A stretch of DNA of 63,077 nt, counting the filler, from Octopus bimaculoides (taxonomy: Eukaryota), in assembly GCF_001194135.2 (NCBI RefSeq). It is 8 parts of 8 records of this genome, joined end to end, with 100 filler letters (N's around TTAATTAATTAA, not from the genome) between each part and the next. Parts side by side here need not be neighbours in the genome. Positions count along the whole stretch, not along the records: positions 1 to 13,048 come from NC_068990.1; positions 13,149 to 15,619 come from NC_069003.1; positions 15,720 to 19,013 come from NC_068992.1; positions 19,114 to 21,945 come from NW_026326980.1; positions 22,046 to 34,793 come from NC_068997.1; 3 more parts are not named here. One strand, 5' to 3'. A program made the position numbers and the translations under genes. The notes below the pieces were generated by a model, which saw only the letters and a list, made by a program, of their open reading frames with translations, was not told the DNA's origin and ran no database searches. Each line of letters begins with the position of its first letter. The first letter of the stretch is position 1. Positions 13,002 to 24,540 of this stretch are shown here, one piece after another.

Positions 13002-13048
<47 letters not shown>

Positions 13049-13149
13049 NNNNNNNNNNNNNNNNNNNNNNNNNNNNNNNNNNNNNNNNNNNNTTAATTAA
13101 TTAANNNNNNNNNNNNNNNNNNNNNNNNNNNNNNNNNNNNNNNNNNNNG

Positions 13150-13192
<43 letters not shown>

Positions 13193-13714
13193 TATACATA
13201 TATATGTGTGTGTGTGTGTAGTTTCATGTATGCGTGTGTACTCACGAGCACAAAACCATCACACAGATACAAACTCATACGATAATAAAATAGTATGTTT
13301 GAAATGGAGAACAAAAGTTGGAGCATCCATATCTGTCTCAAACAAACGATTTTGAAAGAAGTTAGAAGGATGTTGACGTCTATGAATAAAGATGTCGATT
13401 CTCTTTCATCAAGATAGAAATATGAGATGTTGTAAACAAGGGTGAGACTTCGATTGTTCGCTTTAGAATAGGATCACCGATTACCGATTGATCGAAACAA
13501 AAGATATAATCGATATTGCATTGTAATTTATGAGTGACGGATATAATGTGTTTTAGTGATGTTACCAGCGTTTTGGAAAAGGGGTCGGATCTTTTTTTTT
13601 TCTTTTGAAATATCACATACGTTCGTACGTGTGTGTACATACATACATACATACATACATACATAAGTACATGTATACATGTATACATACCCGCATACCT
13701 ATGCACAATCACAA

Positions 13715-13754
<40 letters not shown>

Positions 13755-14443
13755 NNNNNNNNNNNNNNNNNNNNNNNNNNNNNNNNNNNNNNNNNNNNNN
13801 NNNNNNNNNNNNNNNNNNNNNNNNNNNNNNNNNNNNNNNNNNNNNNNNNNNNNNATTCATATATTCTTTTAAAGTGTGCAGATATATTTGTGTGTGTTTG
13901 TTTACATGTAACTATATCTGTATGTACATAAGTATATACGTCTTGATATAGATATATATTAAGTTAATGTTTATATACCTCTATATACCTATACACATAT
14001 AAGTATATGCGTGCGTGTGTGTGTGTGAGTGAGTGTGTGTGCGCATGCGTGTGCGTATGTGTGTGTTCAATTACTGCTATTATCTTTACTGCTGTTACTT
14101 TTTAAAAGAAATTATTTTTATTTCATTTAAATATCATTTACTCATTTACTATATTTAATCTATATTTATTTCTTATTTATTTTTTATACTCTAAATTCGA
14201 TAAACTGTAATGGATAACGATTTTGTTAATAGGAATAACATTGTTCAGATTCACCGAGCCGGTCATATAGCTAAGTGCTCCAGTCGAATGGTCTAGAAAC
14301 GAAAGGAAGTCGTCACTGTATGTGAATGTTTTTTATTATTTGCTTCATGTTTCATTTTACTATATCCTCTCTGGCATACATTTGCTCTCGCCAACACACT
14401 GCCACTGCCAGTCATATGTGTTGATAGCCACTCGTAGTTAGGC

Positions 14444-14514
<71 letters not shown>

Positions 14515-14638
14515 GATACGCATGCATCGTAATGATCGTAGTAATGTACGTATATAATCACATTCATACACTCGTGGTAATATATGAGTGTATATGTTTA
14601 TTCGTATGTGTTTATGTAAGTGTGTGTATGTGTTTGTG

Positions 14639-14671
<33 letters not shown>

Positions 14672-14877
14672 ACGTGCTCATCCCGTCATGAAAATACTTT
14701 TACAAGGAAATGCGTACGGAAGACCATACAGTCCATAAAAACGCAAAACCTTACATTAACACACGCATAAAATACATACTATCATATACTCACACACACA
14801 CATTGACATATACAAATACATATCAATATATACATACACACTTAAACATACAGATATATCCATAAATAAAGAAAATT

Positions 14878-14908
<31 letters not shown>

Positions 14909-15035
14909 TTATGCCTGTATATATATATGTGTGTGTGTGTATACATATACGATGCATAGACATAAACATATATGTACATGGACACATGTATACACGCATG
15001 TACATACACATACTTATCAGATAAGTATGTGTATG

Positions 15036-15128
15036 CTATAGTAGAAGACACTTGCCCAATGTGCCACGCGGTGGGACTGAACCCCGAACTAAGTCGTTGG
15101 TAGGCAAGCTACTTAACCACAGAGCCAC
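15036..15128 (-). mobile_element. SINE family BC 5' head fragment
   Basis: CTATAGTAGAAGACACTTGCCCAA.GTGCCACG..G.GG.A.TGAACC matches 33647-33735. Confidence 0.8.
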
Positions 15129-15428
15129 TCTTGCGTTGATATGCACACAATGCAAAAGCTAAGTTACAGGCATACAAAACGTTTATGACATATTTATATA
15201 TGATGCCTTACACGCTTATACACGCATAGAAAGTAATATATATGGTCATACGTAGATGCCATAAACATACATACAAATAGCCATACATTCCTCCAGAGCT
15301 ATTAACGTACGTTGGCTTTTACGAAAGCAGATGTGTTTTTAAACAGGCCATTCAAGTCAACAATAAATCGAGTATGATATATGCAAACACGCACATTATG
15401 TACATAAGTACACAAACATATCGTCTGC

Positions 15429-15461
<33 letters not shown>

Positions 15462-15547
15462 CGTCTGTCTGTCAGTCAGTGTATCTATCTATCTGTCTGT
15501 CAGTCAGTGTATCTATCTATCTGTCTGTCTCTCTCTCTCTCTCACAC

Positions 15548-15597
<50 letters not shown>

Positions 15598-15719
15598 ATG
15601 TATGTGTATATATATATATNNNNNNNNNNNNNNNNNNNNNNNNNNNNNNNNNNNNNNNNNNNNTTAATTAATTAANNNNNNNNNNNNNNNNNNNNNNNNN
15701 NNNNNNNNNNNNNNNNNNN

Positions 15720-15757
<38 letters not shown>

Positions 15758-17457
15758 TATATATATCTACATTCGGTATGTAAGCATATATATTCTATAT
15801 AATCTTTCATGAATTCTTTTCAGATGCAGTGGACTATGTTTAGGTGTCGTATTCAATACATGGTACAAAATAGACTTTATATATTTATTAGAGATAGATC
15901 CAATGATTATTTGTACAGTGTAGTTTGCTTCCTGTATATTTGGTAATACTATGACATACTGTAAAATCTGGAATAACAGTATATCGCTATGTGTGTAGGT
16001 GTGTGTGTGTGCATGCGTGTGTGTATGTGTTTTTATAAATGAGTGTGTCTGTGTGTGTGTGTGAGTATATGCTTGTGTGCGTCTGTATATTTCTGTGAAT
16101 ATGCCTGTATACGGTAAAGTTGCTAAGTAAGCACTATTGGTATCATGGAATGCAATACAACCAATTGCACTGCTGGATTGTCGACAACAAGGCGCTCTTA
16201 CGTGGCAATATATACAGATGAGTTGATTATCGATAAACGAAGCTGGTTGCAAATAATTGCCATTAGAAAATAGTTGAACTCAGCGCACGAAAAACGTCTA
16301 CCTACCTATAGTTCAGGGATAAATTCCAGATTGGCTATGATCACGTTGTAGTATAACTACTTTCGTACCCTTTATAATTTATTAAAGAATGTATCTATGT
16401 GAATGTAGGTGGTGGTGATTTTATGCATTTCTTAAGCAAAACGTGTTGAAGTAAACATGTATATTTATTCGTAGATGACTGTTCATACTATTTCGTTCTC
16501 AATTAAAATAAGTACCATACTTTAAAGTAAATTCTAGAGAAAAACTATTACTTAAAGGTTTAAGGTAGAAGTAAAATATGGCTGCTGTCCAATGACTGCA
16601 GTGCTTAAAAAATCATCACATTATTGCTCTCACACACACTACTCTACTACTACATGGTATATATATATATATATATATATATNNNNNNNNNNNNNNNNNN
16701 NNNNNNNNNNNNNNNNNNNNNNNNNNNNNNNNNNNNNNNNNNNNNNNNNNNNNNNNNNNNNNNNNNNNNNNNNNNNNNNNNNNNNNNNNNNNNNNNNNNN
16801 NNNNNNNNNNNNNNNNNNNNNNNNNNNNNNNNNNNNNNNNNNNNNNNNNNNNNNNNNNNNNNNNNNNNNNNNNNNNNNNNNNNNNNNNNNNNNNNNNNNN
16901 NNNNNNNNNNNNNNNNNNNNNNNNNNNNNNNNNNNNNNNNNNNNNNNNNNNNNNNNNNNNNNNNNNNNNNNNNNNNNNNNNNNNNNNNNNNNNNNNNNNN
17001 NNNNNNNNNNNNNNNNNNNNNNNNNNNNNNNNNNNNNNNNNNNNNNNNNNNNNNNNNNNNNNNNNNNNNNNNNNNNNNNNNNNNNNNNNNNNNNNNNNNN
17101 NNNNNNNNNNNNNNNNNNNNNNNNNNNNNNNNNNNNNNNNNNNNNNNNNNNNNNNNNNNNNNNNNNNNNNNNNNNNNNNNNNNNNNNNNNNNNNNNNNNN
17201 NNNNNNNNNNNNNNNNNNNNNNNNNNNNNNNNNNNNNNNNNNNNNNNNNNNNNNNNNNNNNNNNNNNNNNNNNNNNNNNNNNNNNNNNNNNNNNNNNNNN
17301 NNNNNNNNNNNNNNNNNNNNNNNNNNNNNNNNNNNNNNNNNNNNNNNNNNNNNNNNNNNNNNNNNNNNNNNNNNNNNNNNNNNNNNNNNNNNNNNTTGTT
17401 ATTGATAACTCTTTATATCAGTACACAGATAAGTATTATATATATATATATATATCA

Positions 17458-17493
<36 letters not shown>

Positions 17494-18929
17494 TTTTATA
17501 TCTATTACTTGCATTTTCTTAATAAGTTACGTTTTTTTCTTTCTATCTGTCTATCTCTCTCGATCAATCTATCTCTCCATCTCCCTCTCTATCAATGTAT
17601 CTATCTAACTATCTATCTATCTATCTATCTATCTGTCTGTTTGACTGACGGACTGTCTATCAATCTACCTATCTATTTATCTATCTATCGCTATATATAT
17701 ATACACATTCTTTTATCACTCCACTTGTTGCTGGTGTGTGTGTTTGTGCATGTGCGTGTAAGTTTGTACGTTTGTGTGTGTATCTGCATATGTGTATTAT
17801 CTTATAGCTGTCTGAGGAGTATAATGAAATCATTTTAAATATTAATATTTGATATTATCCGTGTCTAACATCATACATCAAAAAACAGAGACTGTTTGGC
17901 AGCTGGACATTGACACAAGTAAAATCTCTCCTTACAACGAATTCTCCTCAATTACATACGCAGCGTCTTGCAGATAACAAAATAAATATATCACAAGAAG
18001 TTATAAATCGTGGCCATTTCCCAAATTCTTTAATAATATTGCATATATTGATATAACTTGGAACCTCTTGTTAAAAGATATTATTAGGAAATCTGACTTG
18101 GCTTCAAGTACACAGATGTGTATATATGATATACGTTTGTGAGTTTTCAGTGTATACACACACACACACAGACACACACACAGACACACACACACACACA
18201 GACAGACACACACACACACACATGCACACATACACACACACACACACACACAAACACATGCTGTAATCTGGGTTCTGTTTAAGTACATCAAGTGATATAG
18301 AACAACATGAAATTGTTTACGGTTGACAATTACATGGCATTTCCTCAATTGAGTAAATCCTGAATTCGCTTGTGGGGATTGTATTGAATATACAGATTGT
18401 ATATTTAAGATGATAAATTAAGAAATCCTAATTCTTAAGCTCGCTCAAAGATCGTAATGCTTCAGTTCACTGTAAAATCTTAATACTTCACAAAATTCTA
18501 AAGGCTCGTAATGATAACATCTTGAATAGCACTGCCTGAATATGTTTACTTTGGATGAAGTCATATTGCAATTGAACCAACAGGATGCAACTGCATGCCA
18601 TAACTTTGGATATCTATGCAGTATAAAGACGTGTCGGACCGAGATCTAAAGTTTATATATAGTATGTAATACTGTAATAAACAAGGTTTGTCGACGTAAA
18701 ATTATCGATTTTTACTTTAGCGTTTATATATATATATATTCATTATTCGAAATTAGGTCAATTAAGTCGTCTGACACTATGTCCTGCTTAGCTATTATTT
18801 TTTACTATTAATTCTTACCTGTATTCACCTGATCATAATGATTTTGGGGATGATGTAACACTTTTGTTCATCAAAAGCAAACACCTTCGAAACAGGTGTA
18901 GTAACATGCAACCCACGTATGTGTGTTGA

Positions 18930-19013
<84 letters not shown>

Positions 19014-19158
19014 NNNNNNNNNNNNNNNNNNNNNNNNNNNNNNNNNNNNNNNNNNNNTTAATTAATTAANNNNNNNNNNNNNNNNNNNNNNNNNNNNNNN
19101 NNNNNNNNNNNNNTGACGCTTTAGATACAAATAATTACAGAGGTATCAAGTTGTTAGA

Positions 19159-19965
19159 TCAGGAGGAATACCTAGCCAAGGATAAACCTCTGTACCTTGC
19201 TTTCGTCAACATGGAGAACGTCTTTGACAGGGTCCCCCGATCCATCATCTGGTGGTCAATGAGGAAACTAGGGATAGAAGAATGGTTAGTGAGAGCTGTG
19301 TGAGCCATGTACAGAGACGCTGTCAGTAAGGTGAGGGTTGGAAATGAGCACAGTGAAGAATTTGGGGAAAGGTAGGGGTCCATCAAGATTCTGTCCTCAG
19401 CCCCCTTCTATTTATCATAGTTCTCCAGGCGATAACAGAGGAATTCAAGACAGGATGCCCCAGGGAGTTCCTCTATACTGACGACCTTGCACTAATTGCT
19501 GAGTCACTATTAGAACTAGAGGAGAAGTTTCAGGTGTGGAAGCAAGGACTAGAATCGAAGGGCCTTGGAGTCAACCTAGCTAAAACTAAAGTCCTAATAA
19601 GTAGGAAGGTAGACAAAACACAAACCCCTTCAGGTAAATGGCCCTGCTCGATGTGTAGAAAAGGCGTACGCAAAAACTCGATAAGATGCACCAAGTGTAA
19701 GCTTTGGACACATAAGAAGTGCAGCAATGTCAAAGGAAGGTTAACTAGGAAGTTAGTTTTTATATGTAACAGATGTTCAGGAGCAATAAACACTTTGAAT
19801 GTGCAGAAAACAACTTCTTCCACATTCCAGGGAGAAAAACTAGACGTAGTTGATAGCTTCCGGTATCTAGGTGACCAAGTTAGTTGTTGGGGAGGATGCG
19901 CTGAAAGTGTAGCTGCTAGAATAAGAATAGCCTGGGCAAAGTTCAGAGACCTAAATCCAAGGTCT
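19159..19965 (+). mobile_element. Decayed RTE-type LINE reverse transcriptase fragment with an in-frame C4HC3 (PHD-like) finger between RT motifs 6 and 7
   Basis: Motifs LYLAFVNMENVFDRVPR, GVHQDSVLSPLLF (frameshifted), LYTDDLAL, GLGVNLAKTKV, then CSMC-x10-CTKC-x4-H-x2-C-x14-CNRC, then VDSFRYLGDQV and RIRIAWAKFRDL. There is an internal TGA and a frameshift. Confidence 0.9.
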
Positions 19966-21110
19966 CTGCCAGGGGTGTAGCCAGCCCACTTATGTGTACC
20001 TTNNNNNNNNNNNNNNNNNNNNNNNNNNNNNNNNNNNNNNNNNNNNNNNNNNNNNNNNNNNNNNNNNNNNNNNNNNNNNNNNNNNNNNNNNNNNNNNNNN
20101 NNNNNNNNNNNNNNNNNNNNNNNNNNNNNNNNNNNNNNNNNNNNNNNNNNNNNNNNNNNNNNNNNNNNNNNNNNNNNNNNNNNNNNNNNNNNNNNNNNNN
20201 NNNNNNNNNNNNNNNNNNNNNNNNNNNNNNNNNNNNNNNNNNNNNNNNNNNNNNNNNNNNNNNNNNNNNNNNNNNNNNNNNNNNNNNNNNNNNNNNNNNN
20301 NNNNNNNNNNNNNNNNNNNNNNNNNNNNNNNNNNNNNNNNNNNNNNNNNNNNNNNNNNNNNNNNNNNNNNNNNNNNNNNNNNNNNNNNNNNNNNNNNNNN
20401 NNNNNNNNNNNNNNNNNNNNNNNNNNNNNNNNNNNNNNNNNNNNNNNNNNNNNNNNNNNNNNNNNNNNNNNNNNNNNNNNNNNNNNNNNNNNNNNNNNNN
20501 NNNNNNNNNNNNNNNNNNNNNNNNNNNNNNNNNNNNNNNNNNNNNNNNNNNNNNNNNNNNNNNNNNNNNNNNNNNNNNNNNNNNNNNNNNNNNNNNNNNN
20601 NNNNNNNNNNNNNNNNNNNNNNNNNNNNNNNNNNNNNNNNNNNNNNNNNNNNNNNNNNNNNNNNNNNNNNNNNNNNNNNNNNNNNNNNNNNNNNNNNNNN
20701 NNNNNNNNNNNNNNNNNNNNNNNNNNNNNNNNNNNNNNNNNNNNNNNNNNNNNNNNNNNNNNNNNNNNNNNNNNNNNNNNNNNNNNNNNNNNNNNNNNNN
20801 NNNNNNNNNNNNNNNNNNNNNNNNNNNATATATATATATACATATATATATATACACATATGTAAGAGAGTTAGGGGTTGAGGATTCAACCCACTAAGGG
20901 ATAGTATCTATGCAATATACTGCTGGGAGGGTACCCAATTATTGTTACACTAGTGTTATACCAAGTGTAATAAGTGGGTGCGGGTAAAAGGGGGGTAGCT
21001 AAGCCTAGATAGTTTTAAACAATAGTTGTCCAATTAGATGAGAGGAATTAACTGTAGAAATTAACCCTCCCCAAATAGCAGCAGAATCTCATACCCACTG
21101 AAAGAAATAA
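19966..21110. repeat. Unclassified non-microsatellite sequence interrupting the RTE fragment (mostly hidden in an N gap)
   Basis: RT similarity stops abruptly at about 19965 (AGGTCTCTGCCAGGGGTGTAGCCAGCCC). A second complex block begins TGTAAGAGAG at 20861. Whether the two blocks are one element cannot be seen. Confidence 0.3.
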
Positions 21111-21708
21111 TATGATCTTCTATGCAGAAAAATAACGAGGCACCTCACCGCAAAGTTTGAAAGGTGGCATATTATTATTGTTGCTGTCGTTGTTGTTGTT
21201 ATCATCATCATCATTATCACTATTATTATTACTATTAGAGTATTAATAACTCTGAAATGCACTTCCACATAGACCCATCCAACACATACAGAACTGACAC
21301 TCACACACTTAGCAAATTTCTTTAAAAACATAAACAGCCTTCAAAACACAGCGAATAGCGTTGGTGCCTGGGACCATGTACATAGGGGAATGTTTGTGTA
21401 TACATATTTGTATATGTATACGTATGTGTGAGGGGACAGATAGATTTATACACACATATGTACTCACATATATATATGCTTTTGAATCCTTTGATATCCA
21501 AGTATGGTTATGCACACAGACACAGACATGTGTATTGGAGTGTCTATAACTATTTGTATGACCTTATATACTGTTTGTAGGCTTTTTACGTGCCTTATAT
21601 TTTTATATTTTATATTTTCATTTTTCATTTATTTTATTTTTACTGTACTCTTATTTTTATTTATATTTTATTTTTATTTTTTACTTTATATTTGTGTTGA
21701 ATTTTTGT

Positions 21709-21839
21709 GAATCTCTGAAGAGGCCTAGCGAATCATGCATGTACCCCCATTTCAGCATTTCATCTGCTAATTACTCCGGCAGGAGCTATTCAGATAGAAT
21801 GGAGCATACCAACGCTAGGCCGAAACAGCTGTAAGTTTC
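21709..21839 (+). ncRNA. Minimal type I hammerhead ribozyme motif (Penelope-like class)
   Basis: CTGAAGA 21715-21721; stem II GGCCTAGCG 21722-21730 / CGCTAGGCC 21813-21821 (9 bp perfect); GAAA 21822-21825; palindrome ACAGCTGT; GUA cleavage triplet 21831-21833; stem I GAATCT / AGTTTC with one mismatch. Confidence 0.85.
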
Positions 21840-22045
21840 TGTTTATTCTCAAATTCCTAATGTACTTTATAGTTGTAACCCCGATTGTTAATATAACATG
21901 GTTTGTCATAAACATTTGAATTTTGTGGTTTTTGTCATTTTAGTTNNNNNNNNNNNNNNNNNNNNNNNNNNNNNNNNNNNNNNNNNNNNTTAATTAATTA
22001 ANNNNNNNNNNNNNNNNNNNNNNNNNNNNNNNNNNNNNNNNNNNN

Positions 22046-22076
<31 letters not shown>

Positions 22077-23258
22077 AAAAATGAGTTTAAAGAGATATAT
22101 TATCCTGGCGATTACCGTGTTTCCTTATAATTCGGTTTCAAAATTTATTGAATACCTCTAAACTAAGAATATTCTCTTTGAAATGAGTGGAATGGTGAAC
22201 CGTATGAGAAGATGAGGTTAACCTGGGTCAAGATTCCTACAACTATTAATAGTAGTACCCATACATCCTAAAAACCCTTTATTCATTCAGTTTGCTGATT
22301 ACTTCAGTTTCACTTCGAAACGGCAGAGATTAAGGATACTGCTGAAACTGCACCGACTATAACACCAAGTTGCACATCCAACAGTGTACAGTCGATGCTG
22401 TTGAAACACACATAGGTCTAGAAAAACATACTGTAAATAAGTGTTAAATAAAATTATAGAAGTGAAACATCTCCGTTCTCTTTACCATTATTAATACTAT
22501 ATATATATATATATATAATTATGTGTATTTCTTCTATCTTAATGAATAAAAATTCTTCTGATAGAATAAATGGGTTAATAGAAACTAATGTAGCAAAGAA
22601 CACAAAATAACTGTGGTTTAGTTCCTGTTTTTAAGGCAGGAACTCCTTGAAATTTTGGTTATTTGAGTATATTTAAGAATTTAAGGANNNNNNNNNNNNN
22701 NNNNNNNNNNNNNNNNNNNNNNNNNNNNNNNNNNNNNNNNNNNNNNNNNNNNNNNNNNNNNNNNNNNNNNNNNNNNNNNNNNNNNNNNNNNNNNNNNNNN
22801 NNNNNNNNNNNNNNNNNNNNNNNNNNNNNNNNNNNNNNNNNNNNNNNNNNNNNNNNNNNNNNNNNNNNNNNNNNNNNNNNNNNNNNNNNNNNNNNNNNNN
22901 NNNNNNNNNNNNNNNNNNNNNNNNNNNNNNNNNNNNNNNNNNNNNNNNNNNNNNNNNNNNNNNNNNNNNNNNNNNNNNNNNNNNNNNNNNNNNNNNNNNN
23001 NNNNNNNNTATATATATAGATATAGATATAGATATATACACACAATATATATATATATATACACTCATACGTCCAAATTTATACATATGCACATGCATGT
23101 ACGCTCCCACACATTGATTGGTATGTGTTGACCAACCCACTATCCGGCAGCGTCCAATTCTCTAACGGTTTTTTTCAAATGAATCAAGTCATAACCTTAT
23201 CCATCTATTGCTTTCATAATCGGTCATAATGTCTTACGTTTAAGATGATTCCCATGCT

Positions 23259-23342
23259 TTCCCTGATGAGAAGGTTACAATTTTAATATCAAAGATCCCT
23301 ATGGATCACACAGGTTGTAATCCTTTGAAACATATGTAGGAA
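23259..23342 (+). ncRNA. Minimal type I hammerhead ribozyme motif (Penelope-like class)
   Basis: Stem I TTCC 23259-23262 / GGAA 23339-23342; CTGATGA 23263-23269; stem II GAAGGTTACAA / TTGTAATCCTTT (one bulge, G-U closing pair); GAAA 23327-23330; palindrome ACATATGT; GUA 23336-23338; AATAAA directly after. Confidence 0.85.
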
Positions 23343-24540
23343 TAAAGTATGCAATTATAACATGCGTTTTCTCCAATCCTTAAATTCTTAAATATATAGA
23401 TATATATATATAACAATCTACACGAGTAATGGGTATCCATCAAATCACCTGTCAATAATTTAATTACTCAATTGTAAAACACGAGAACAATAAGAACTGA
23501 AGTTGGTGCTCCGATACGACCATTCTCGTGATTGTTTACACATTTTCAATGATTTAATAAATCATAATAGTTCACTGCAAATTGGTTTGCATTTGAAAAG
23601 TATAAACAGGCATATCTCATGTTATTACGAATGCATTTTTTTTTCAGTTATATGTATTAAGAATGTATGAATAAAAAAAAATACCTATGACGGTCTTGTA
23701 ATAAAATATAACAATATAGAGCAACCAGAGAAGAAATGTAGTTAAAAGTACTGACAACACAGCAACTCTTCAAAGGACGCGTACACACACACACACACAC
23801 ACACACACATTTAATGAAAGCAGTATAATATAGTCAACATGATAACTGCTACTTTCCTTACAGCTACGTCATCGTTACACTCAGAAAGCATTATATAGAC
23901 TGATATAATTTTAAGCTTTCATCTTCTTACAAGAAAAATGTTATTGTAATATTTAATTTTTGGTGTGTTACCCGAGGAGAATAATATGATCGTTAGTATG
24001 TCGGCTAAACAAGTAAATGCTATTCACAGATCCATTGTTTCGGGTAAGCCATACCTCCGCTAAGCTGAAAAACATATTGCGCCATCTGTAATGTAGGTGG
24101 TGCAATATGATGCATTGTTTATGTTGTATTATTTCTACTGTTCAAAATTTTCTGTAACTCTAGATTCTGATTAACAGGAAATACTCATACTTGCATCTAT
24201 TTAGTGCTGAATATCCCAACAATGACAGCCTCAGTGTTACTGAAAAGCTCGGTATTACAGGTAGAATGTAACTCGTGGTATTCATCTACATATGTTTGTC
24301 CTTGGTAAGAAGGCAAATATATTTGTCCCTAATCTATTCAAATAGCTTCTATATCTTTTGTTTCTCAACAACTGCAACCCTTCAGTCAGTGAATTTTCAT
24401 TTTTGTACCACGTCTTCGTAAACTCCCGGAGAAAGTATTTGTACAATATAAAAACATCTACAATTGAATAGTTTTCAACATACCACACTCTTTTATGATG
24501 GTTGTCGAACNNNNNNNNNNCAGAATATATACTGGCTCCT

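Noticed and set aside
13093-13104. TTAATTAATTAA 12-mer recurring at 13093, 15664, 19058, 21990, 34838, 39004 and 60810
   Set aside because: Always isolated in the middle of N runs; a scaffolding/gap marker from the assembly, not a biological repeat or CRISPR-like array.
18400-18900. Possible exons around the strong minus-strand donor at about 18827
   Set aside because: The best upstream acceptor gives stops in all frames before that donor; alternative open frames have no recognisable similarity.
10238-20897. Long ORFs (200-440 aa) rich in X, HT, CV, YI
   Set aside because: Read-through of N gaps and dinucleotide microsatellites; the same applies at 32551-33442, 37489-38490, 49869-50588 and 61452-62692.
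24000-24510. Protein-like minus-strand fragments (ITDGA..., GQIYLPSYQGQTYVDEYHEL...) beyond the Helitron
   Set aside because: Multiple stops in all frames and no motif I can assign; probably an old transposon but unsupported.
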